Of a stretch of DNA of 64,000 nt, positions 55,709-64,000 are shown one piece after another. Made by a program: the position numbers and the translations under genes. The stretch is from NCBI GenBank assembly GCA_050183995.1, contig JBFXAT010000016.1, positions 1,443 through 65,442 on the forward strand. Reading direction: 5' to 3'. Position 1 is the first letter of the stretch. The number at the start of each line of letters is the position of its first letter. The notes beneath the pieces are model-generated. The model searched no databases. It saw nothing but the letters and a program-made list of their open reading frames with translations, and was not told the DNA's origin. The stretch comes from Vicinamibacterales bacterium (lineage in GTDB: Bacteria > Acidobacteriota > Vicinamibacteria > Vicinamibacterales > CAVVIG01).

Positions 55709-56386
55709 ATGGGCCTGCTCGATCGCTTCGCTCCTCGTCGACCCGAACCGGCGCCGCTGCCGGAGCCAGAGCCGGAACCGCCGCCGCCGCCACCACCGCC
55801 CGAGGATCCAGTATTTCCGACCAAGGCGCTGCGCAAGTTCCTGGCGACCGTTTCGGAACGCGAGTCGCCGACGCTGCTCGACCTCGCGCCAGTCGTCGGA
55901 TCGAACCTGAACTTCCTGGGCGATCACCTGGGCTGCCGGATCATCGTCGACGACATCTACGGGGAGATCGAGCATCACATCAAGACGCAGACGCTCGACG
56001 CGCTGCCCGCGTTGCTCGCGTCACGCTTCCCGCATCCGGATGCCAGCATCGACGGCATCTTGTGCTGGGACCTGATGGACTACCTCGATCGGGCGGCGTC
56101 GCAGGCGCTGGCGGATCAGCTGGCGAGGCTGTTGCGGCCCGAGGGTGTGCTGCTCGCGTTCTTCGGCACCGCGCCGTTGCGCCAGCCGCATTACACGCGG
56201 TACGTGATCGTCGACGACCTGAATCTGCGCTACCGCAGCTATCCGGCCTCGCAGACCAAGCAGGCGAGCCTCGCCAACCGCGACATCATCCGGTTGTTCT
56301 CGGGACTTCGCGTGTCGGACTCGTACCTGTTGCAGAACAACCTGCGCGAGATCCTCTTCAAGCGGCCGAGTTACGAGACGCGTTGA
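55709..56386 (+). CDS. Class I SAM-methyltransferase-fold protein with a Pro/Glu-rich N-terminal tail and a degenerate glycine loop
   Basis: The N-terminus is [23 protein letters not shown]. Methyltransferase-like motifs are [12 protein letters not shown] (motif I, degenerate), [20 protein letters not shown] and [12 protein letters not shown]. It starts 11 nt after the bactofilin stop. Confidence 0.7.
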   Translation: MGLLDRFAPRRPEPAPLPEPEPEPPPPPPPPEDPVFPTKALRKFLATVSERESPTLLDLAPVVGSNLNFLGDHLGCRIIVDDIYGEIEHHIKTQTLDALPALLASRFPHPDASIDGILCWDLMDYLDRAASQALADQLARLLRPEGVLLAFFGTAPLRQPHYTRYVIVDDLNLRYRSYPASQTKQASLANRDIIRLFSGLRVSDSYLLQNNLREILFKRPSYETR

Positions 56387-56390
56387 CGGC

Positions 56391-57185
56391 ATGGCCCGGC
56401 CGATCATCGCGTTCCTGTCTGATTTCGGCCTCCGCGACCATTACGTCGGCGCGATGAAAGGGGCGGCGCTCGCCGTCTGTCCGGACGCGACGCTGGTCGA
56501 CCTCACGCACGAAATCCCTCCGCAGGACATCACCGCGGCGGCGTACGAGCTGGCCGCGGCGGCGGGGTATTTCCCGGTCGAAACCGTCTTCGTCGCGGTC
56601 GTGGACCCTGGCGTCGGCGGAAGCCGGCGAGGGATTGCCGCCGAGGCGGACGGCCGCCGCTTCGTCGGACCGGACAACGGTCTCTTCACGCTGATCGTGT
56701 CCGGAGCCGGATCGGTGCGTGCGGTGGAGATCACGTCGCCGCGCCATCAACGGCCGGCGATCAGCCGCACGTTCGAGGGGCGGGACAGGTTCGCGCCGGC
56801 GGCGGCGTGGCTGGCGGCAGGCGTGCCGTTGGGCGAATTGGGGCCGGACGTCTCGAACCTGGTCACGCTCGATCTGCCGGTGCCGGTCACGCGCGGCCGG
56901 ACGATCGTCGGATGCGTGATCCGGGTCGATCGGTTTGGAAACGCGATCACCAATATCGCGGCTTCGGCCGTGGCGTCCCTGCCCGCCGATCTCGTCGTCC
57001 ACGCGGGCGATGTGGAGATCGCCGGTCTCGTGCCGAGTTATGCGCACGCCGCGCACGGCGCACCGTGCGCCCTGATCGGCAGCAGCGGACATCTGGAGGT
57101 CGCGCTCAACGGCGGCAGCGCGGCCAAGACGCTGCGGCTCGAACGCGGAGCCGTCGTGCAGGTGCGGCCGCGCGCAGGTGCGTGA
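56391..57185 (+). CDS. SAM hydrolase / SAM-dependent halogenase family protein (DUF62, SAM hydroxide adenosyltransferase-like)
   Basis: Contains [39 protein letters not shown] and DRFGN. Confidence 0.85.
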   Translation: MARPIIAFLSDFGLRDHYVGAMKGAALAVCPDATLVDLTHEIPPQDITAAAYELAAAAGYFPVETVFVAVVDPGVGGSRRGIAAEADGRRFVGPDNGLFTLIVSGAGSVRAVEITSPRHQRPAISRTFEGRDRFAPAAAWLAAGVPLGELGPDVSNLVTLDLPVPVTRGRTIVGCVIRVDRFGNAITNIAASAVASLPADLVVHAGDVEIAGLVPSYAHAAHGAPCALIGSSGHLEVALNGGSAAKTLRLERGAVVQVRPRAGA

Positions 57186-57203
57186 TACGATCCCGGCGCT
57201 TCG

Positions 57204-58409
57204 ATGATCGGGTTCGACCTCTCGGATGAGCAGCGGCTGCTGGAGCAATCGGTGCGCGAGTGGGCCGCGCGTGACGTCGCGCCGGGCATCGCCGAGGCCG
57301 ATCGGCAGCATCGCTTCGACCGCGATCGCATCCTGGGAGGCATGGCCTCGCTGGGGCTCCTCGGGGTTTCGGTGCCGCAGGAGTACGGCGGCGCGGGAAT
57401 GGACTACATCTGCCTGGGCTTGGCGTGCGAGGAGCTCGAGTACGTCGACACGTCCCTTCGCGTGATCATGTCGGTACACGCCGGGCTGAACTGCCTGACG
57501 CTCGTGGCGTGGGGCAGCGAGGAGCAGAAACAGCGCTATCTCGTCCCGCAGGCGCAGGGGAGCAGGATCGCCGGTTATGCGCTGACGGAGCCGTCCGCGG
57601 GCAGCGACGTCCGTGCCATCGAGAGCACCGCCGTCCGGCAGGGCGATCGTTACGTGCTCACCGGCGAGAAGAGCTGGATTTCGCTCGCCGACGTCGCAGA
57701 TCAGTTCCTCGTGTTCGCGTGGACCGACTTGGCGCTGAAGGCGCAGCGCGACCCCGCCGGTCTCAGCGCGTTCATCGTCGAACGCCAGTCGCCCGGCTTC
57801 TCGAGCGGGCCGATGAAGGAAAAGTGGGGCATTCGAGCGGGCGATACCGGGTGGATCAAGCTGGACGGCGTCGAGGTTCCCGAGGCCAATCTGCTCGGTC
57901 GTCCGGGCGAGGGCTTCAAGATCGCGATGTTCGCGCTCGATCAAGGCCGATTCACGGTGGCCGCCGGGGCCAGTGGACTGATCCGTGCCTGTCGCGACGC
58001 GAGCGTGCGGTACGCGCACGAGCGGCGGACATTCGGCGTCGAGATCGGACAGCATCAGCTGGTCAAGGCCATGATCGCCCAGATGGAATCGGACTACCAG
58101 GCGTCTCGGCTCCTGTGGCTGCGCGCCGGCTGGCTGAAGAACAGCGGCCGGCGCAACACGCGCGAGACTGGGCTCGCGAAATGGTTTGCGACCGTCGCCT
58201 CCGAGCGTGCCGCCGGCGACGCGGTGCAGATCCACGGCGCCAACGGGTACTCGGACGAGTATTCGGTTGGACGGTTCTTCCGCAATTGCAAGGGCGCCGT
58301 CATCTACGAGGGTACGCGCGAAATTCACACGCTCATGCAGGCTGATTACCTGCTTGGCTATCGAGTCGACCGTCCCACACGGTGCGACCTGCCTCCCGCG
58401 AGCACATAG
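57204..58409 (+). CDS. Acyl-CoA dehydrogenase
   Basis: 401 aa. Contains [20 protein letters not shown] and IYEGTREIH. Confidence 0.92.
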   Translation: MIGFDLSDEQRLLEQSVREWAARDVAPGIAEADRQHRFDRDRILGGMASLGLLGVSVPQEYGGAGMDYICLGLACEELEYVDTSLRVIMSVHAGLNCLTLVAWGSEEQKQRYLVPQAQGSRIAGYALTEPSAGSDVRAIESTAVRQGDRYVLTGEKSWISLADVADQFLVFAWTDLALKAQRDPAGLSAFIVERQSPGFSSGPMKEKWGIRAGDTGWIKLDGVEVPEANLLGRPGEGFKIAMFALDQGRFTVAAGASGLIRACRDASVRYAHERRTFGVEIGQHQLVKAMIAQMESDYQASRLLWLRAGWLKNSGRRNTRETGLAKWFATVASERAAGDAVQIHGANGYSDEYSVGRFFRNCKGAVIYEGTREIHTLMQADYLLGYRVDRPTRCDLPPAST

Positions 58410-58410
58410 C

Positions 58411-59403
58411 ATGGACTCAGATCTCTCGCTTGAATTCCTCCGCGTTGTCGAGCAGGCGGCCATCGCCTGCGCCCAGACGATGGGACAGGGCGACCGCAAC
58501 CGTTCGGACCATGTCGCCGTCGAGGCGATGCGCCGCGTGATGGACACCGTGCCGATCGATGGCCGGATCGTCATCGGCGAGGGCGAACGCGACCAGGCGC
58601 CGATGCTCTACATCGGCGAGAAGGTGGGCATGCCTCACGCCATGCGCGGCACGCCGGTGGCCGGGTTTCCGCAGGTCGACATCGCCGTCGACCCTCTCGA
58701 GGGCACGAACCTCTGCGCAACGGGCGCCGCGAACGCGATTGCCGTGCTGGCCGCGTCGACCCGCGACGGACTGCTGCACGCGCCGGATCTCTACATGGAG
58801 AAGCTGGTCGTCGGTCCGACGTCGAAGGACGCGGTCAGCCTCGACGCCCCGGTGCGCGATAACCTGCGGGAGATCGCCCGCTGTCTGGACCGCCGTGTCG
58901 AGGATCTGGTGATCGTGGTGCTCGAGCGTCCCCGGCACGAGCAGCTGGTCGACGAGATCCGCTCGACCGGTGCGCGCATTCGCCTGATCGGCGACGGCGA
59001 TCTGTCGGCCGGCATCGCCGCGGCGGTCGTCGGATCCGGCGTCCACGCCGTCATGGGCACGGGCGGCGCGCCGGAAGGCGTGATCACGGCCGCCGCGATG
59101 CGCTGCCTGAACGGCGAAATTTTCGCCAGACTGGTCGTCAACACGCCCGAGCACGAAGAGCGCTGCCGGGCCATGGGGATCTCCGACTTCAAGAAGATCT
59201 ACCGGTCCAAGGATCTGGCGCCGGGTTCGAAGGTGATCTTCGCCGCGACGGGCGTCACCGACGGCACGCTGATGCGGGGCGTCCGCTTCTTCGGCGACGG
59301 CGTGCGCACCAGCTCGGTGATCATGCAGAACGACCCGCACTACATCCGCTTCATCGACAGCATCCACGTCGCTCCGTCCAAGGACGTCAGAATCCGCTTC
59401 TGA
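58411..59403 (+). CDS. glpX: Class II fructose-1,6-bisphosphatase
   Basis: In-frame ATG inside track ORF 58186..59403. Contains [25 protein letters not shown] and GTGGAPEGV. Confidence 0.93.
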   Translation: MDSDLSLEFLRVVEQAAIACAQTMGQGDRNRSDHVAVEAMRRVMDTVPIDGRIVIGEGERDQAPMLYIGEKVGMPHAMRGTPVAGFPQVDIAVDPLEGTNLCATGAANAIAVLAASTRDGLLHAPDLYMEKLVVGPTSKDAVSLDAPVRDNLREIARCLDRRVEDLVIVVLERPRHEQLVDEIRSTGARIRLIGDGDLSAGIAAAVVGSGVHAVMGTGGAPEGVITAAAMRCLNGEIFARLVVNTPEHEERCRAMGISDFKKIYRSKDLAPGSKVIFAATGVTDGTLMRGVRFFGDGVRTSSVIMQNDPHYIRFIDSIHVAPSKDVRIRF

Positions 59404-59407
59404 CCCC

Positions 59408-60073
59408 ATGGTGCGCCTCGTCGTGGATGCGCGCGAGCCCGACCGCGAGACGATCGCGCGCGCGGCCGCGATCGTGCGCGCCGGCGGCGTCGCGGCGGTC
59501 CCGACGGACACCCTCTACGGGCTGGCCGTCGATCCATTCGACGCGTCGGCTGTCGGACGGCTCTTCACGATCAAGTCGAGGAGTCAGGAGCGCGCCCTGC
59601 CGCTGGTCGCTGCCGACGCTGGGCAGGTGCGCGCGGTGCTTGGAGTCCTCTCGCCGCTCGGCGAGCGGCTGGCCTCGAGCTTCTGGCCCGGTCCGTTGAC
59701 GCTCGTGATGCGAGCGCCCGAGGGGCTGGCGGTCGAGGTGACCGGCGGCGGCACAACCGTCGGGGTGAGGGTACCGGCCGACGCCGTCGTCCGTGCGCTG
59801 TGCGCGGCCGTCGGCACGCCGCTCACCGCCACCAGCGCCAACGTGAGCGGACAGCCGCCGACGGCGAACCCGGACGATGTGGCGGCCGCACTGGGCGGGA
59901 GCATCGACGTGCTCGTGGATTCCGGCCGAACACGAGGCGGGCCGCCGTCGACCATCGTCGACGTCACCGGCCCTGTTCCGCATCTCATCAGGGCAGGAGC
60001 AGTGGAATGGGAGCACGTACTGGCGGCGGCAGGCGCCGCGCCCCCGCAGGAACCGAACGCGCCGCGCTCGTAG
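59408..60073 (+). CDS. tsaC: L-threonylcarbamoyladenylate synthase (TsaC/YrdC family)
   Basis: Contains GGVAAVPTDTLYGLAVDP, PGPLTLV and TSANVSGQP. Confidence 0.9.
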   Translation: MVRLVVDAREPDRETIARAAAIVRAGGVAAVPTDTLYGLAVDPFDASAVGRLFTIKSRSQERALPLVAADAGQVRAVLGVLSPLGERLASSFWPGPLTLVMRAPEGLAVEVTGGGTTVGVRVPADAVVRALCAAVGTPLTATSANVSGQPPTANPDDVAAALGGSIDVLVDSGRTRGGPPSTIVDVTGPVPHLIRAGAVEWEHVLAAAGAAPPQEPNAPRS

Positions 60074-61299
60074 GGCTCGTGGTCGGCCGCGCCCGCCGCG
60101 TGGACGCGGAGCGCTCCCTGGACGAGTTGGCGGGACTCGCTGAAGCCGCAGGAGCCGAGGTCGTCCTCCGGGTGCTGCAGGAGCGGCCCAAGCCGGACCC
60201 GGCGACGTTTCTCGGCAGCGGAAAGATCGCCGCTCTGGCGGACGCCTGCGTCGAAACAGCCGCGGACGTGGTCGTGTTCGACAACGAGCTCTCTCCCGCG
60301 CAGCTGCGGCAGATCGAGGGCGCCGTCGGTCGCAAGATCATCGACCGGACGCAGCTGATCCTCGACATCTTCGCCCGGCGCGCACGGACGCGCGAAGGGA
60401 AGCTCCAGGTGGAGCTGGCACAGCTCAAGTACCTGCTCCCTCGGCTCGTCGGCTCAGGGGCGGCGTTGTCGCGACTGGGTGGCGGCATTGGAACGAGAGG
60501 GCCCGGCGAGACCAAGCTCGAAACGGACCGGCGCCGGATTCGAAGCCGCATTCACGCCCTGACTGAGGAGATCGAATCGGTACGGGCGCGCCGTTCGCAG
60601 CTTCGCGAGCGGCGTCGAAAGGCGTCGGTCCCGACCGTGGCGCTCGTCGGCTACACCAACGCCGGCAAGACCACCCTGTTCAATCGTCTGACGCGCGCGT
60701 CGGCCGACGCTTCCGATGCGCTGTTCGTGACGCTCGATCCACTCGTCCGCCAGATTCGACTCCCCGACAGCCGGGAACTGCTGGTGTCGGATACCGTCGG
60801 ATTCATCGACCGGCTGCCGCACGCTCTCGTCGCGGCCTTCAGGGCGACGCTCGAAGAGGTGAGCGAGGCGGACCTCGTGCTGCACGTCATCGACGCGTCG
60901 GCACCGGACCGCGAGAGGCGAATGGCGGCCGTGCGGCAGGTTCTCGGCGAAGTGGGTGCGCTCGACGTCCCCATCGTGGAGGTCTTCAACAAGTGCGATC
61001 GCCTGCTGCCGGTGGAGATCGCGCGGCTGGCCGACGGCGACGCCACGGCAGCTTGCATCTCTGCCAGCGACGGCACCGGCGTCGACGAGCTCATCGAGAG
61101 CGTCGCATCTCGCCTCGCGCTCGACGTGAGGCGCGTCAAGTTGACCTTCAATCCGGACGTGGACGACCACCGGGAGCGAATCCGGCGGGTCTACCGCCAC
61201 GGGCGGGTTGTCGAGCACGAGGTCCGCGATGGGCGGGTGGACATCGTCGCCGACGTACCCCGGCGACTGCTGGGCTGGCTCCAGCCGCCTGCGCGGTAG
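60007..61299 (+). CDS. hflX: GTPase HflX
   Basis: Shows the HflX N-domain (LSPAQLRQIEGAVGRKIIDRTQLILDIFARRA) plus G1 (GYTNAGKTTLFN), G3 (DTVGF) and G4 (NKCD). The start is ATG 60007, overlapping tsaC by 67 nt, or GTG 60079. Confidence 0.9.
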   Translation: MGARTGGGRRRAPAGTERAALVGLVVGRARRVDAERSLDELAGLAEAAGAEVVLRVLQERPKPDPATFLGSGKIAALADACVETAADVVVFDNELSPAQLRQIEGAVGRKIIDRTQLILDIFARRARTREGKLQVELAQLKYLLPRLVGSGAALSRLGGGIGTRGPGETKLETDRRRIRSRIHALTEEIESVRARRSQLRERRRKASVPTVALVGYTNAGKTTLFNRLTRASADASDALFVTLDPLVRQIRLPDSRELLVSDTVGFIDRLPHALVAAFRATLEEVSEADLVLHVIDASAPDRERRMAAVRQVLGEVGALDVPIVEVFNKCDRLLPVEIARLADGDATAACISASDGTGVDELIESVASRLALDVRRVKLTFNPDVDDHRERIRRVYRHGRVVEHEVRDGRVDIVADVPRRLLGWLQPPAR

Positions 61300-61309
61300 A
61301 ATTCACGTG

Positions 61310-62689
61310 ATGCGCGTGTGGAGACTGGCAGGTGCGGTGGTCGCGCTGGGGCTGGCGACGGCCTGCGCGCCGCGAACGGCGAGCGTGCCGATCGTCACGT
61401 CGCCGCTTCATCCGGAGTACGTCGAGCCGCGTATCCCCTTGGACCTGGGGGCGACCGGCGTCGAGATGAATCACGAGCGCGCCTGGCAGTTCCTGCAGGC
61501 CGGGGACCTGCGCAACGCCGAGCGTGAGATCAACGCGGCTCTTCGCCGCGATCCCGACTTCTATCCGACCCTGACGATGTCCGGATACGCGGCCCTCGCG
61601 AAGCGCGAGACCGACGAGGCGCTCGATCGCTTCGAGCGTGTGCTCGCCCTCGAGTCCAACTACGTGCCCGCGGTGGCGGGAAAGGGGTTGGCCCTTCAGG
61701 CGGCGAATCGGAACAGCGAAGCCCTGGACGCCTATCGGCAGGCCGTCCGCCTCGATCCGTCGTTGACCGACATCGCGCGGCGTATCGACGTGCTGACGCT
61801 GCGTTCCCTCCAGGTGGACCTCGCGAACGCACGGGAGGCGGCGAAGACCGGCAACATGACCGAGGCGCGCCGTGCTTATCTCAGCGCGATCGATGCCTCG
61901 CCCGAGAGCGCGTTTCTCTACCGCGAGGTTGCAAGCATCGAGCGCCAGCAGGGAGACCTGGCCGGCGCCCTCGACCATCTGCGGCGCGCCCACTCGCTCG
62001 ATCCGAGCGACCCGCTGACGCTCGGGGCGCTTGGCGATGCCCTCGAAGCCCAGGGAGACACAGAGGGTGCGGTCCGAGCCTATTCCGAGGCGCTCGCGAT
62101 CGAGCCCGATTCGGGTGTCGAGGCGAAGCGAGACGCGCTGCTGGATCGACTCGAGCTGGCGCGGCTTCCCGCCGAGTATCGCGCCATTGCGTCGACCGCC
62201 GAGATCACGCGCGCCGAACTGGCGGCACTGATCGGCGTACGACTGGCGGGGCTCATCGCCTCGGCGCCGGCGCGTGACGTCGGCGTCATGACCGACGTGC
62301 GGGACAACTGGGCCGAACGTTGGATCGTCCCGGTCGCGCGCGCGGGCGTGATGGAGCCGTATGCGAATCACACGTTCCAGCCCGCGGCGATCGTGCGCCG
62401 CGTCGATTTCGCGCAGGCGGTCTCGCGACTGCTGGGGCTCGTCGCGATCGCCGACCCCGGCCGCGCCGCAGGTTGGCAGAACGTGCGGCGGAACTTCTCC
62501 GACCTGACCAGCGGGCACCTCGCGTTTCCGGCCGCGTCGGTCGCCGTCGCATCCGGTGTCATGGAGATGGGGCCCGACGGATCCTTCGAGCCGACGAGGC
62601 CCGTGAGCGGCGGGCAGGCAGTCGCGGCGGTCGAGCGGATCGAAGCGCTGGCCGGACCTGCGAGGGCGCAAGCCTCCGATCGTCGATGA
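61310..62689 (+). CDS. Lipoprotein with TPR repeats and two C-terminal SLH-like domains
   Basis: In-frame ATG inside track ORF 61208..62689. Shows a signal/lipobox (MRVWRLAGAVVALGLATAC) and TPR repeats. The SLH-like segments are TDVRDNWAERWIVPVARAGVMEPYANHTFQP and FSDLTSGHLAFPAASVAVASGVMEMGPDGSFEP. Confidence 0.8.
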   Translation: MRVWRLAGAVVALGLATACAPRTASVPIVTSPLHPEYVEPRIPLDLGATGVEMNHERAWQFLQAGDLRNAEREINAALRRDPDFYPTLTMSGYAALAKRETDEALDRFERVLALESNYVPAVAGKGLALQAANRNSEALDAYRQAVRLDPSLTDIARRIDVLTLRSLQVDLANAREAAKTGNMTEARRAYLSAIDASPESAFLYREVASIERQQGDLAGALDHLRRAHSLDPSDPLTLGALGDALEAQGDTEGAVRAYSEALAIEPDSGVEAKRDALLDRLELARLPAEYRAIASTAEITRAELAALIGVRLAGLIASAPARDVGVMTDVRDNWAERWIVPVARAGVMEPYANHTFQPAAIVRRVDFAQAVSRLLGLVAIADPGRAAGWQNVRRNFSDLTSGHLAFPAASVAVASGVMEMGPDGSFEPTRPVSGGQAVAAVERIEALAGPARAQASDRR

Positions 62690-63260
62690 CGGCCCTGACC
62701 GCTGCCAACCAGGTCACGCTGCTGCGGATGCTGTTGGTACCCGCATTCGTGACGCTGGTGATCTACGGTCAGCTGGGCTGGGCCCTGATCGTCTTCATGG
62801 TGGCCGGGCTGACCGATGCCATCGACGGCCTGATCGCGCGCCGATCCGGACAGCAGAGCAGCCTAGGCGCCTGGCTCGATCCGATGGCCGACAAGCTGCT
62901 CGCCGTCGGCACCTTCGTGGTCCTGACGATACCAGGTCTGGGGCTCGCGAATCCGCTGCCGATCTGGCTCACGATTCTCATCCTCACCCGAGACGTCGTC
63001 ATCGTCGCCACAGTGGCGATCGTGAACTTGGCGCTCGGCCCGCGCACTTTCAGGCCGTCGATCTTCGGCAAGATCGCGACCGCCGTGTACATGCTGACCG
63101 CCGTGGTGGCCATGTTCTTCAATTACCTTGAACGGCGGTCGGTCGTCGTCGATGCGTTCGTCTGGGCATCGCTGGTGATTACGCTCGTGTCGAGCCTGCA
63201 CTACATCCGCCACGCGGCGCGGATCATCGACGCCCCAGGGCCGGCGCGTCAGGAGCGGAC

Positions 63261-63264
<4 letters not shown>
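62686..63264 (+). CDS. pgsA: CDP-diacylglycerol--glycerol-3-phosphate 3-phosphatidyltransferase
   Basis: Shows the CDP-alcohol phosphatidyltransferase motif DAIDGLIARRSGQQSSLGAWLDPMADK. An ATGA overlap links it to the upstream stop. Confidence 0.9.

Positions 63265-64000
<736 letters not shown>

Overview
This is a dense, GC-rich chromosomal segment with strong third-position GC bias. That bias produces many long shadow ORFs in the track. An Acidobacteria-type VWFA-domain protein and an alternative complex III plus caa3 oxidase supercluster suggest an Acidobacteriota-like diderm; this is inference only.

I see no CRISPR array, transposase, integrase or prophage, and the window is mostly housekeeping. 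Main blocks, left to right:
- A HisKA_3 sensor kinase (truncated by the window edge) with ppx-ppk.
- A Met-rich multicopper oxidase, a CNNM/CorC transporter, and two convergent secreted NHL beta-propeller paralogs.
- A 12-gene, roughly 12 kb run on the minus strand: ACIII (actABCDEF), an unknown 124-aa gene, SCO1, and caa3 oxidase (ctaCDE plus subunit IV). Almost every junction is an ATGA or GTGA overlap.
- A divergent cluster of a PoxB-like TPP enzyme, an enolase-superfamily enzyme, and a 1038-aa FAD/Fe-S dehydrogenase.
- An internally deleted sensory-rhodopsin-transducer (ASRT) pseudogene, then oxyR divergent from a signal-peptide-bearing katG.
- prfC, tRNA-Lys(UUU), and hemE-hemY-arginase.
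- Two tightly linked unknown genes with highly charged disordered tails, a VWA protein, an orphan SPPY DNA methyltransferase, and a 66-aa Cys/His ORF.
- A pabB-pabC fusion, an M20 peptidase, a PBP, a stand-alone fdhE, and glgA-trxA-trxB.
- GNAT, mnmA, a cysteine desulfurase, and a bactofilin followed by a methyltransferase-like gene and a SAM hydrolase (DUF62).
- acyl-CoA dehydrogenase, glpX, tsaC, hflX, a TPR/SLH lipoprotein, pgsA, and a cyclophilin that runs off the window.

No single clearly novel system stands out. The best second-look candidates are:
- the 39281-40660 two-gene cassette;
- the bactofilin trio;
- the unassigned 124-aa gene inside the respiratory supercluster;
- the small Cys/His ORF upstream of the orphan methyltransferase;
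- the low-GC nested-helix leader before pabBC;
- a triplicated 15-bp unit carrying the mnmA stop codon;
- the ASRT remnant.

All functional calls come from motif recognition by eye. No database search was run.
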